IMG/VR virus record: IMGVR_UViG_3300042988_000341
Location: 1 to 64,000 of that record
DNA: 64,000 bases
Origin: a virus
Direction: 5' to 3' (one strand)
Part shown: positions 32,483 to 42,329 of the stretch, one piece after another
How the letters are laid out: each line of letters starts with the position of its first letter
How positions within the stretch are numbered: position 1 is the first letter of the stretch
Notes under the pieces: model-generated
The model's input: only the letters and a program-made list of their open reading frames with translations
The model's database searches: none
What the model was told of the DNA's origin: nothing
Program-made: the position numbers and the translations under genes

Positions 32483-33100
32483 GTGGAACAACTCACAACA
32501 GTAAGCGTCAAGGGACACATTAAGATTTTCGACCCAAATAGTGGAGAAGTTCTAGTGGATAAAGACAACGCCATTAATTATGAGAATATTTCTCTAGCTA
32601 TTGCTAATACCCTGAGCAATCGTGGCGTTGGCACAATCTATCAGATGGCATTCGGCAATGGCGGCGCCTCTGTGGATAGTACTGGCTTGATTACATATCT
32701 TCCGCCTAACGTAAATGGCGTAAATTCAGAGTTATATAATCAAACATATGCTAAGAATGTGGATGATAATCTAATCAGTAATCAGGACCCAACTCGTAAT
32801 AAAATGACGGTTAGTCATGTTAGTGGCAAAACTTACAGTGATATTCTAATCAGTTGCTTACTTGATTACGGTGAGCCCAGTGGACAATACGCATTCGATA
32901 ATGCTACTGACAGTGATAGTGAGTTTGTATTCGATGAGCTTGGTCTCAAGTGTAACTATGGCAGTGATGGCACTAATACTCTAATTACTAAACTAATCAG
33001 CCACGTAGTATTCCACCCAGTACAAAAATCACTAAACAGACAGATTCAGGTTGATTACACTATTCGTGTACAAGCAATCACTAACTTAGTAACAGTGTAA
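32483..33100 (+). CDS. putative baseplate/tail-fibre attachment protein
   Basis: GTG start with RBS AAGGA; MAFGNGG...FVFDELGL...HPVQKSLNR.IQVDYTIR; lies between baseplate and fibre genes. Confidence 0.6.
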   Translation: MEQLTTVSVKGHIKIFDPNSGEVLVDKDNAINYENISLAIANTLSNRGVGTIYQMAFGNGGASVDSTGLITYLPPNVNGVNSELYNQTYAKNVDDNLISNQDPTRNKMTVSHVSGKTYSDILISCLLDYGEPSGQYAFDNATDSDSEFVFDELGLKCNYGSDGTNTLITKLISHVVFHPVQKSLNRQIQVDYTIRVQAITNLVTV

Positions 33101-33109
33101 GGAATATAA

Positions 33110-35038
33110 ATGGCAAATTCATATCAGATTAACTATTACGGTAGTAACGGCAATGCCACAATGCAACTAGAAGTTGGTTACGCCGCCGCATTTGGTCTAG
33201 GTAGCGCTAATACTCATGATCTTTCCAATACACTAGCTAACACACATGGCTTAGTATTAATGGGACGTAACTATACCAGTAATACTGCTATTGATGGTCA
33301 TGGTAAAGTTACAAATCAAAACTATGTTAGATTAGCTGAGAACTTTGCCAACACCTATACCAATCATAGTAACGCTAATCTTTATCCTCAGTTCATTACT
33401 GGTCAATTAGTATATGAAACTAGTCCTGCGCCAAATAAGAGAGCTAATACTCTATACCTATTCACTAGTACTGGAAATTATTCCACTGCCAGTAAAGTTG
33501 AGATTTTAAGTAGTGATAACCCACCCACCAAGATTTCTTGGGGCAGTAACAGCCCTACAGTGGAAAGTAACGTTGCAGTGACAAGTCAAGACGGCAATGT
33601 AGCTATCGGCGTTAATGGTACAGCAAACGTAGTAACTATCGCTAGTACTGGCAGTTCTAATAGTGGTAATATTACGTTCAATATCGGCACTAATTTCTCA
33701 TATGATTATGTATACGGCGGCATAGGTAACGTAACCTCTGATCGCTTCTATGCTAATGTCGCTAGTAATGGTTCCGGCCAATTTTATGGCAACGGTTATA
33801 CACTAGAGAATTTAAATGGTGGTAACGTAGACGGTGAAGTTAAGTTTGCTAACGTGGCTAATAATGTAGCTGGTGGCAACGTAAGTGGTCAAGTAGGCAA
33901 TGCTAATTTAGCATGGCGAGTTTATAACAACAGTCAACCTAATATTACTAGCGTTGGTACACTAACTTCTTTATCTATATCTGGCGCTATTAACAGTACA
34001 TTAACTGGCGCCTCACCATTCAATTTGGCATCTACTAGTCTTGTCGCAAACTTGAACGCGGAGCTCTTAGGCGGGTTCCCCGGCTCTAAAGCTGCGGTAG
34101 CTGATACTGCCGTAATCAGAGATACTAACGGCAGTATCACCGGTAACGGCATCATTGCTAATACGGTGGCAGGTCAGCTTACAGACGGAGATCAGCCAAA
34201 TATTACATCAGTTGGTACATTAAATGGACTTACTGTTGGCGGCACTGGTATTGACGGTATTCTAATGACCGGCAATCAGCCTTTTATTACTACACTAGAT
34301 AACGTATCGGTATCTGGCAACATCACTGTTACTGGCAATATTGTTGGCACAGTAGCAGCAAGTGCTACTAGTAATATCGGCGGCGGCAATGGCGTATTTA
34401 CTACAAGTGTGGTTTCTCCTACCGGCAGCTTTACTACCACCGTAGAAGCACCATCAGCTAACATAACTAACGTATTTGCTACTACTGGTAATATTACTAC
34501 AGTAAATTCAACCACTGGTAATATTACTACAGTAAATGCCACGACGGTAAACGCAACAACTGTTCATTCGTCTTCGTTAACAACTGGCGCTACTGCTACG
34601 ACAGGCACAATCACCGGCACATGGACACTAGCTGCTGGCAGTACCCTACAGTCAACCTATGCTGACTTGGCAGAATATTATTCAAGTGAATTAGACATTC
34701 TGCCAGGTACAGTAGTAGAATTTGGCGGCACAGAAGAAGTACAGATGTGCGACACTCGTAATAGTACTAGAATAGCTGGCGTAGTATCTACTGATCCCGC
34801 GTATGTCATGAACCAAAAGATTGGACAATCTGTGCCTCGGGTGCTAGTGGCACTTATCGGCAGAGTGCCATGTCATGTATTCGGCACTTGCCAAAAGGGC
34901 GACATGATGGTAGCAGCCGGCGGCGGCTACGCTATGGTTAATAATAACCCAGCGATGGGTTCAGTGATTGGCAAAGCACTAGAAGACAAACTGACTAGTG
35001 GTATCGGCACCATTGAAGTGGTAGTTGGCCGACTATAA
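33110..35038 (+). CDS. tail fibre/spike with C-terminal intramolecular chaperone (peptidase G2-like) domain
   Basis: N-terminal L.GRNY...ENFA...GQL anchor; N/T/G-rich shaft; C-terminal YADLAEYY...GVVSTDPAYVMN...GRVPC. Confidence 0.8.
   Translation: MANSYQINYYGSNGNATMQLEVGYAAAFGLGSANTHDLSNTLANTHGLVLMGRNYTSNTAIDGHGKVTNQNYVRLAENFANTYTNHSNANLYPQFITGQLVYETSPAPNKRANTLYLFTSTGNYSTASKVEILSSDNPPTKISWGSNSPTVESNVAVTSQDGNVAIGVNGTANVVTIASTGSSNSGNITFNIGTNFSYDYVYGGIGNVTSDRFYANVASNGSGQFYGNGYTLENLNGGNVDGEVKFANVANNVAGGNVSGQVGNANLAWRVYNNSQPNITSVGTLTSLSISGAINSTLTGASPFNLASTSLVANLNAELLGGFPGSKAAVADTAVIRDTNGSITGNGIIANTVAGQLTDGDQPNITSVGTLNGLTVGGTGIDGILMTGNQPFITTLDNVSVSGNITVTGNIVGTVAASATSNIGGGNGVFTTSVVSPTGSFTTTVEAPSANITNVFATTGNITTVNSTTGNITTVNATTVNATTVHSSSLTTGATATTGTITGTWTLAAGSTLQSTYADLAEYYSSELDILPGTVVEFGGTEEVQMCDTRNSTRIAGVVSTDPAYVMNQKIGQSVPRVLVALIGRVPCHVFGTCQKGDMMVAAGGGYAMVNNNPAMGSVIGKALEDKLTSGIGTIEVVVGRL
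34484..34537 (+). repeat. 30-nt-period tandem repeat within tail fibre
   Basis: ACTGGTAATATTACTACAGTAAAT twice, encoding TGNITTVN. Confidence 0.85.
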
Positions 35039-35043
35039 TACAC

Positions 35044-35051
35044 GATAAATA
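35044..35051 (+). promoter_or_regulatory. late promoter box
   Basis: GATAAATA upstream of second fibre gene. Confidence 0.7.
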
Positions 35052-35072
35052 AACGAATAAGGATAAATTGAG

Positions 35073-37007
35073 ATGTCATATACATTAAATTACGGAAAAG
35101 ACGGCAACACCTCGCTAACGGTACCTGATGGACAATCAGGAACAGTTGCTAACTTAACATTCCCTGGTAGAAACTTTAGTGGCTATGGCAGCCCAGTAGA
35201 TCAAAACTTCTTGTCTATTGTTGAAAACTTTACTAGTGCTAACGTACAGGGACCTCAAAACCCAATCACTGGTCAATTATGGTATGATGTGGCTAATACT
35301 GAATCTACCAATCAAGGCTTAAAAGTATTTGATGATACTGGCAGCAGCGCTAATCTTATCCCGCATACTGATTGGACTAATCTCGTAACTTTTGATAAAC
35401 CAGCAAACGTATATGCCAATGGCATGCCTTATGACATTAACCCAAAGGATATCTCTGGCGTAGGCACGTTGAGTGCTACTACTGGTAACTTTACTGCGTT
35501 GAAGGCTAATACTGGTAATTTTACCACGAATGTCACATCCCCTTTGGGAAATTTCACATCAATGTTCGCAGGGAATAGCACCAGTAACGTAGTAATTAGC
35601 AATGCTGGGGTTACCATTAACGGAGGCACGTTATCATTACCCACCGCAACAATTACTGGCAATTTAACTACAGGTAATCTCTATGGAGGGAATCTAGTAG
35701 AAGCGAACTTTGGACAATTCAATAATGATGTATTAATTAAGGGCAATATTGTAGTTCAGGGAACTACCACCACTGCGTCATCTAATAGCTTTACTGTAGT
35801 AAACCCAATTATTAGTTTAGGAGGCGCCAATGGAGCAAACCTCACCGCCAATGATGGCAAAGATCGCGGCCTACACTTAGTATATTATAACAGCACACAA
35901 AAAGACGCATTCATTGGATATAAAAATCCTAACGCAGCAGCACAAGGAAATGGCGCGAACTTTGCAGGCGAATTCATAATCGCAAGCAGTGCTGATTTTG
36001 CTACTACCACTGATGTTGCTGGTATTACCACATTAGGCAATCTAAGAGCAGGTAACGCAAATTTCTCCGGCGGCACGGTCACTGCGACAACGTTCAGCGG
36101 TAATCTCGCCAATGGGACCAGTAAAGTAAGTATCCCAGCACTTGACGGTAACGTTAATATTAGCTCGGGCGCTAACGCGAATGTGTTGGTAGTTGCTCCT
36201 ACCTACGTAACAATCACAGGAAGCGCCGCTACAACAAACAGCACTGGCGCCCTACGAGTTGCTGGCGGCGTAGGTATCACCGGTAACTTATATGTCGGTG
36301 GAAGCATCGTCGGTAGCATCGGTAGCACCTCAAGTAATATTGCTGGCAACCAAGCCAACGTCAACAAAATCATCGCTTCTACTGGCGATATTACCTCTCT
36401 AGCCACAGGCACTGTCACTACTACCAGTACAGCAACTCTTAACCAACTTCTAGTTAATACTAGTGCTCAAGTTGGTAGCTTCGTATCAAATACAAGCGTG
36501 GAGACTGCTACTCTGAAAGTTACCAGTGGAGCAAACATCGTTGGCACACTAACGGCCACTACAATCTCGGCAGGAGCAGCAAATACTACAGCCGGCACTA
36601 TCAACGGAGCGTGGTCACTCACCGCAGGTTCAACCTTAGAAGCCACCTACTCAGCCGACTTAGCTGAGCGTCATCACGCTGACGATATCTATCCTACAGG
36701 CTCTGTAATGACCGTAGGAGGAATCAATGAAATCACCGGTGCTTCTACCACATCTAAAGTGCTAGGCGTAGTTAGTGATGACTGGGCATACTTAATGAAC
36801 GGTGGTGCGGGCCCACAAGAGACCCACCCAGCTGTTGCTTATGTGGGTAGAGTTCCTGTTCGTATTGTTGGTCCAGTAAATAAACATGACGAAGTAAGTC
36901 CATTCGCTAATGGCGTAGCCACTTCTAGTAAGGAAAACTCTTTTGGATGGGCACTAGAAACTAATCTAGATATCGGTGAAAAACTAGTACTGTGTATCGT
37001 CAAGTAA
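35073..37007 (+). CDS. second tail fibre/spike with C-terminal intramolecular chaperone domain
   Basis: GRNFSGYG..VDQNF...ENF...GQLWYD anchor; SADLAERH...GVVS..AYLMN...GRVPV C-terminus. Confidence 0.8.
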   Translation: MSYTLNYGKDGNTSLTVPDGQSGTVANLTFPGRNFSGYGSPVDQNFLSIVENFTSANVQGPQNPITGQLWYDVANTESTNQGLKVFDDTGSSANLIPHTDWTNLVTFDKPANVYANGMPYDINPKDISGVGTLSATTGNFTALKANTGNFTTNVTSPLGNFTSMFAGNSTSNVVISNAGVTINGGTLSLPTATITGNLTTGNLYGGNLVEANFGQFNNDVLIKGNIVVQGTTTTASSNSFTVVNPIISLGGANGANLTANDGKDRGLHLVYYNSTQKDAFIGYKNPNAAAQGNGANFAGEFIIASSADFATTTDVAGITTLGNLRAGNANFSGGTVTATTFSGNLANGTSKVSIPALDGNVNISSGANANVLVVAPTYVTITGSAATTNSTGALRVAGGVGITGNLYVGGSIVGSIGSTSSNIAGNQANVNKIIASTGDITSLATGTVTTTSTATLNQLLVNTSAQVGSFVSNTSVETATLKVTSGANIVGTLTATTISAGAANTTAGTINGAWSLTAGSTLEATYSADLAERHHADDIYPTGSVMTVGGINEITGASTTSKVLGVVSDDWAYLMNGGAGPQETHPAVAYVGRVPVRIVGPVNKHDEVSPFANGVATSSKENSFGWALETNLDIGEKLVLCIVK

Positions 37008-37016
37008 GGATCAACA

Positions 37017-37964
37017 ATGACATATTCAGTAGGCGGACTAGTACAAGCAGCAGATATCAACGGCTTTATCACTGATAACGCCGACACTATCAACGAGATA
37101 TGGGGCACCGGCACCGATGATTCTGGTTATGGCCAGACCGCAGTTACTGCTGGAATTAACGTAGGCGATACTATTAACCACACGCCATGGGATACTCTAG
37201 TTACAAGATTAGCATCGGCAGCCGCCCATCAAGGCACAACTGCTACTGCTAGAGTGGCCCCAGCCACTGGCGACACTGTGGCTATTCTGGCAGCTCTAGG
37301 AGCAGATATTACTACTGTTATTACTAATCGTCGTAACGCAGCAACTCAGGGCAGTACTACTACAACTACTAGTACCACGACCAGCACTTGGTCTAACAGT
37401 CTTACATTTAACATATCAGTGGCACTGGGTTCAAACAACCAAGCAAGATACTTCTTTAATTGTGGAGGTCAAATTGGTATCTCCCTATCCCATACCGGCA
37501 ATCACAGCGGTAACGGAGCTGACATTGACTCTCTAATAAGAGATATTTGCTCTGACTTAGGAACTATTTGGCTAAGTAGTGGAACATGTACTCTAGCTGG
37601 TACTGCCTACACTGGCACTACAAAAGTCGGCGGTTCGAACGCAGGCGGCGCAACAATCGGAACTGGCACTGGGTTCTATCAATTGTCGTCTACCGCAGCA
37701 CAGATAGCTAGACAAACTAGTGATACTACTATTATGGGGTGGCAAAATAACGCGAACTACTCTGCGGGTTCGTTTGTGACAATTACTGCTAGTTATAATA
37801 GTGCTGGCACATTAACATTTGTTGTTACTATTGATGAAGTTCCTAACGGAGCTGTAGTTCAAACTGGCACGACCGCTACTCTTACTGTTCGTCCGCCAGA
37901 AACCACTAACTTAACTGCTAGTTGGGCAGTGGGTACCGTATCTGTTACTAATACTCCAGCGTAA
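37017..37964 (+). CDS. virion fibre-like protein, paralog 1 of 3
   Basis: DINGF...SGYGQ...HQGT...ARYFFNCGGQIG...ICSDLGTIWLSS shared with next two ORFs. Confidence 0.7.
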   Translation: MTYSVGGLVQAADINGFITDNADTINEIWGTGTDDSGYGQTAVTAGINVGDTINHTPWDTLVTRLASAAAHQGTTATARVAPATGDTVAILAALGADITTVITNRRNAATQGSTTTTTSTTTSTWSNSLTFNISVALGSNNQARYFFNCGGQIGISLSHTGNHSGNGADIDSLIRDICSDLGTIWLSSGTCTLAGTAYTGTTKVGGSNAGGATIGTGTGFYQLSSTAAQIARQTSDTTIMGWQNNANYSAGSFVTITASYNSAGTLTFVVTIDEVPNGAVVQTGTTATLTVRPPETTNLTASWAVGTVSVTNTPA

Positions 37965-37989
37965 CAGTATAACATTGTAGTATAGAATA

Positions 37990-38967
37990 ATGTCATACCG
38001 TAACACAGGCAAAATTCAATCAAGCGATATTAATGGCTTTTTGAATAACAATACACCAAACCTTAACCGACTATTAGGAGTGGGTACAGGTGACAGTGGT
38101 TACGGTCAACCTGAAATTCCTGGTGTTAGAACAGGAGAAAAAATCTCCAATGTCACCTGGAAAAAGTTAATAGACGGAATCACTAAGGTAGCCGCCCATC
38201 AGGGTACCAGTGTCGCTAGTATGGTTAATACCGCAATACCGGTGGAACCAGCAGATGATACCAAGATTAGAATTATCGCAAACTCAGTAGATACTATTAT
38301 CGCTACTAATCTAGTTGCGATTAACACTAATCGACGAAATGCCGCTAGTCAAACTACCCTACCTCCAACAACTAAGACCATAAATGGAACATGGGCAGGC
38401 GGCACTGAATCAGTATCATTTACTATTAGTTTTGATGGAGCTAACGTTACGGAAAAGCATAACAGAGCTAGATACTTCTTTAATTGCGGAGGTCAACTAG
38501 GTGTATATGCCAGACATGACGCAGGTACCGGATATACAATTAATAAGCTCATCAGCGAGATTTGTAGCAATATGGGAACTATTTGGCTAAGTAGCCCTAC
38601 AGGAACAAATACCGTAAAACTATCAAACGCAGTATATACTGGAGTTCACAAAGCTGGCGGCAGCTTTGGCGGGGGTAGCGATACTGCCACTGGTTATGGA
38701 TTCCATAGTCCATGGGTAAACTCAGACACCACAGTACACACTCAGCTAGGTTCATCGGCCTACGGTGGTGGTAATAATACACAATACAGTAGTACTTCTA
38801 ATGGTAAAGTTAAGGTTCGCTACAATGGTGCGGGAAGCATCACTGTTACTGTTTCGCTTCAAACCGGCTCAACTATCGCGGTATCAAAAGGTACAGCAAT
38901 CACTTTGCTGGTTAAAACAGGCAACTCTAATTTAACTGAAAGTTGGGGCGTGATAACTATTAGTTAG
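37990..38967 (+). CDS. virion fibre-like protein, paralog 2 of 3
   Basis: Same conserved blocks (SGYGQ, HQGT, ARYFFNCGGQLG, GTIWLSS). Confidence 0.7.
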   Translation: MSYRNTGKIQSSDINGFLNNNTPNLNRLLGVGTGDSGYGQPEIPGVRTGEKISNVTWKKLIDGITKVAAHQGTSVASMVNTAIPVEPADDTKIRIIANSVDTIIATNLVAINTNRRNAASQTTLPPTTKTINGTWAGGTESVSFTISFDGANVTEKHNRARYFFNCGGQLGVYARHDAGTGYTINKLISEICSNMGTIWLSSPTGTNTVKLSNAVYTGVHKAGGSFGGGSDTATGYGFHSPWVNSDTTVHTQLGSSAYGGGNNTQYSSTSNGKVKVRYNGAGSITVTVSLQTGSTIAVSKGTAITLLVKTGNSNLTESWGVITIS

Positions 38968-38978
38968 AGAATACATAT

Positions 38979-39980
38979 ATGACATATCAATCAGGCTCGT
39001 TAGGTAAAATACAAAAAGGAGATATTAATGGTTTCCTGAATACTAACACGCCCAACTTTAATGGATTATGGAGTACTGGTAGTGGAGATAGTGGCTATGG
39101 CCAGACAGCTATTTCTGCTGTAGCTACTGGTGACAAGATTAAGACCACTACTTGGAAGAACTTAATCGATTACATCACTAAGATGGCTAATCATCAGGGT
39201 AGTACTATTACTAGTATGAGTAACACCTTAGCTCCTACTGTTCCAGCTACTGGAAAAACTATTCGTATCATCGCTGATAATATCAACACGGTGATCACTA
39301 ACAATTTAACAACGTTAACTACCAACAGATTAAACTCCGCCGTACTTAATCGCAGTACTAACTCCACAACTAAAACGCATGGTAGCACTTGGAGTAATTC
39401 ATTAACTGCTACATTTACTATTACGTTTCCAAGTCATGATGCGGCAAGATATTATTTCAATGCCGGCGGGCAGATTGGCATTCAAGGCAGTCATCCTTAT
39501 GTTGCTGGCTATAATATTAACGGCCTAATTAGTGAAATTTGTAATGATATTGGTACGATATGGATGTCTAGTCCTACCAGCGGCACAGTTAGTATAGAAG
39601 GCAGTAACTGGCATGGCATCGAACAAAAATCCAGCACTGGAGCAGGCAGCTCGGTAAATATTAGTACTAACCATGGCTTCTATGCCTGGACCAACACTAG
39701 TACCCCGGTCATCACACAAAAGGGCTCCACTAGTTTTGTAGGTTCATGGACTGGTACAAACTACACATCAGGAACATATGGACAAGTATCAGTCAAGTAT
39801 GATGGTGCTGGCGTAGTTACAGTGACCTATCTACTAGACGAAGTGCCAGATGGTAGCGCCGCAGCTGCCAATACCTCGGTTACATTAATCCTTAAACAGC
39901 CAACTACCACCTATCTTACTAATAGTTGGGGTGTTATCGGCTCAACACTAACAGTATCTGGCTCAATCGCCGCCACATAA
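38979..39980 (+). CDS. virion fibre-like protein, paralog 3 of 3
   Basis: Same conserved blocks (SGYGQ, HQGS, ARYYFNAGGQIG, GTIWMSS). Confidence 0.7.
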   Translation: MTYQSGSLGKIQKGDINGFLNTNTPNFNGLWSTGSGDSGYGQTAISAVATGDKIKTTTWKNLIDYITKMANHQGSTITSMSNTLAPTVPATGKTIRIIADNINTVITNNLTTLTTNRLNSAVLNRSTNSTTKTHGSTWSNSLTATFTITFPSHDAARYYFNAGGQIGIQGSHPYVAGYNINGLISEICNDIGTIWMSSPTSGTVSIEGSNWHGIEQKSSTGAGSSVNISTNHGFYAWTNTSTPVITQKGSTSFVGSWTGTNYTSGTYGQVSVKYDGAGVVTVTYLLDEVPDGSAAAANTSVTLILKQPTTTYLTNSWGVIGSTLTVSGSIAAT

Positions 39981-40004
39981 AATTCTACTACTACAGTACA
40001 GCTT

Positions 40005-40011
40005 CTAAATA
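40005..40011 (+). promoter_or_regulatory. late promoter box heading the enzyme operon
   Basis: CTAAATA followed by RBS AGGAG and ATG 40027. Confidence 0.6.
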
Positions 40012-40026
40012 TCATAGGAGCAAATA

Positions 40027-40338
40027 ATGTCAACAAAAGTATTAGTAGATAACATCAAGCATAGATTTAATCATAATGAATCAAAGCTATACCTCAAAGA
40101 AAAATATACCAATAAACTAACTATAGCTCATAGTGGCGGTATGTTTGCAATTACACCACAGTTAATCTCATTTCTCCGTGAGCCTACCAATGATACTAAC
40201 TATGAAATCTTAATAGATATCTATGGTAATCCAGTGGAGGTAGATCGCCAGGAGTTATTAACATTGGCAGCACAGACCTACAGTGAGGTCATGTCCGAGT
40301 GGCACACTGAATATACTGAACTACAGGCAAAGAGATAA
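40027..40338 (+). CDS. hypothetical protein (first gene of enzyme operon)
   Basis: 103-aa ORF with RBS; stop overlaps next start. Confidence 0.7.
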   Translation: MSTKVLVDNIKHRFNHNESKLYLKEKYTNKLTIAHSGGMFAITPQLISFLREPTNDTNYEILIDIYGNPVEVDRQELLTLAAQTYSEVMSEWHTEYTELQAKR

Positions 40339-41144
40339 TGTCAGGATTAACCAGAGGTGTAGTAATCATAGCGCATAACACTATGAAGGACGACTACTAT
40401 CGTATGGCAGTCGCAGTCGCCCAACGTGTCCAGCGCTTCCTCAATCTACCCACAACTATTATCACAGACGAGACTACTCTGGCGTCACATGGCGCTGGGG
40501 ATTACAAGTTCGACCATACCATTGTGGTCGAACCCGATCGTAATAATCACCTTAAGAACGCAGTGTGGATCAATAAGAACAGATATCGAGTATATGACCT
40601 TACACCGTATGACGATACTTTAGTACTAGATACTGATTATATGATTAATAGCAGCAGACTCCTCCAAATTTTTGAACAACCCAGTGACTTCTGCTGTTAT
40701 CGTACCGCTAGATATATTGGCACAGGCAATGCTACCAATGAAATGATTGGTAAAAACTCCCACTCTACATACTGGGCAACAGTGATGCGATTTACCAGGA
40801 CAGAACGCACTAGAGACCTATTCGAAATGATTAAGTTGATACAGGAGAATTATGTATATTATGCTGAATTACATGGATTCCTACCGTATACCTATCGCAA
40901 TGATCATGCCCTAACAATCGCCCTCCACACGGTAAATGGACACATGGAGATAGCCACCGACTTTATTATTGGCGAGCTCCAACATATCGGCTCAGATGGT
41001 CTGGTAGAGCGAGTTGATGATACTACGTATAATATCAAGTGCGATATTAGTATTAGAGGCAGACTAAAGAAGTCAGTAATCACTGTTAAGGATCAAGATT
41101 TTCACATGCTGAATAAGGACAACTATATGAGTTTAATCGTATGA
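40338..41144 (+). CDS. GT-A fold glycosyltransferase (GT8-like)
   Basis: RGVVIIA N-terminal strand; YDLTPYDDTLVLDTDY DxD motif; YRND..L; C-terminal H.LNK. Confidence 0.7.
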   Translation: MSGLTRGVVIIAHNTMKDDYYRMAVAVAQRVQRFLNLPTTIITDETTLASHGAGDYKFDHTIVVEPDRNNHLKNAVWINKNRYRVYDLTPYDDTLVLDTDYMINSSRLLQIFEQPSDFCCYRTARYIGTGNATNEMIGKNSHSTYWATVMRFTRTERTRDLFEMIKLIQENYVYYAELHGFLPYTYRNDHALTIALHTVNGHMEIATDFIIGELQHIGSDGLVERVDDTTYNIKCDISIRGRLKKSVITVKDQDFHMLNKDNYMSLIV

Positions 41145-41944
41145 GCATCAAAGATACCCAAGGATACGTAATAATGGCAGTTAATACTACGCAAGTAGAT
41201 TATGTCCATCTAGCCACAGTTCTCCGTGATAGTATTCACCGAGTTATGCCAGCTGCCCTAGTATCTATTATTACCAATGTGGATATAGTAGATGATGGGT
41301 GGGACAAGATCATACCCATCGTGGATATGGATACGACTGATTGGAAATTAGCCAATGATTGGCAAGTATATGAATTATCTCCATACACTAGAACTATAAA
41401 ACTAGAAGCTGATATGTATATTCCTAGAGATATTACATACTGGTGGGATATTCTTAAAGATAGAGACCTCAATATTTGTACTACTATTAGAGATTACCGT
41501 GGAGTTATATCTAATGATAGGTCATATAGACGAACATTCGTGGACTCTGGTATACCTCAAACATATAACGCTATCACCTATTTTAAGAAGTCCCAATTGG
41601 CCAGTGAATTCTACGCAGCAGTCAAGAACATTTTTGAGAACTGGAGCGATTATCTACCACTGCTGAAATTCAGTACGGAAGTACGTGCCACTACCGATGT
41701 GGTATATGCTCTAGCATCTATGGTGGTCGGTGAGGAGAATACAACACTACCGTCATTCAAAGAATTCTCCATGGTTCATATGAAACGTGCTATTAACAAC
41801 TTAGAAACAGAAGTATGGCATGATGAGCTAGTATATGAGGTATATCCAGATACTATGAGAATAAACACGTATCCTCAGTTATACCCCGTACATTATCATA
41901 ACAAAGACTTTGCGTACAAGATTGTAGAGGAACTCAATGATTGA
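41141..41944 (+). CDS. GT-A fold glycosyltransferase paralog (ExD motif)
   Basis: YELSPYTRTIKLEADM aligns with previous gene; TDVVYALA; VHMK; HYHNK. Confidence 0.65.
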   Translation: MSIKDTQGYVIMAVNTTQVDYVHLATVLRDSIHRVMPAALVSIITNVDIVDDGWDKIIPIVDMDTTDWKLANDWQVYELSPYTRTIKLEADMYIPRDITYWWDILKDRDLNICTTIRDYRGVISNDRSYRRTFVDSGIPQTYNAITYFKKSQLASEFYAAVKNIFENWSDYLPLLKFSTEVRATTDVVYALASMVVGEENTTLPSFKEFSMVHMKRAINNLETEVWHDELVYEVYPDTMRINTYPQLYPVHYHNKDFAYKIVEELND

Positions 41945-42329
41945 TCTTAATAACTTAACGCCAGAACAACAGTTAGAGCTAGCCCAAGCATTACAGGTAG
42001 CTTTATCTACAATTCAGCCACTACCTCAACCAGAATACAGAGTATATTACAGCAGTGATGGTAAGGTGATCACCTATACCACCGAAGATTTACCCGGTGA
42101 CTATTTAGTAATTACTCTTGAAGATTACCAGCAAGCTAGGCATGATGCCGTAATCATAGGTGGTAAATTAATATATACGCATGTTCGCCGGCATGTAACT
42201 AAGTTAGTCAAAACTAAAAATAATACTCAAGGGTTTGCTGCTAGTAAATATGACATTAGTGTAGTCGCACAAGGTAGCTACCCAGATGTCAATCATTACC
42301 AAGTACAAGCCAATGAAATTAAACGATAA
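41937..42329 (+). CDS. hypothetical protein
   Basis: 130-aa ORF overlapping neighbours in the operon. Confidence 0.65.
   Translation: MIDLNNLTPEQQLELAQALQVALSTIQPLPQPEYRVYYSSDGKVITYTTEDLPGDYLVITLEDYQQARHDAVIIGGKLIYTHVRRHVTKLVKTKNNTQGFAASKYDISVVAQGSYPDVNHYQVQANEIKR

Noticed and set aside
2201-39719. Many 60-230 aa minus-strand ORFs (e.g. 8558-9244, 9260-9733, 19971-20294)
   Set aside because: Shadow ORFs antisense to Ala/Thr/Ser-rich structural genes, with no RBS, promoter or motifs
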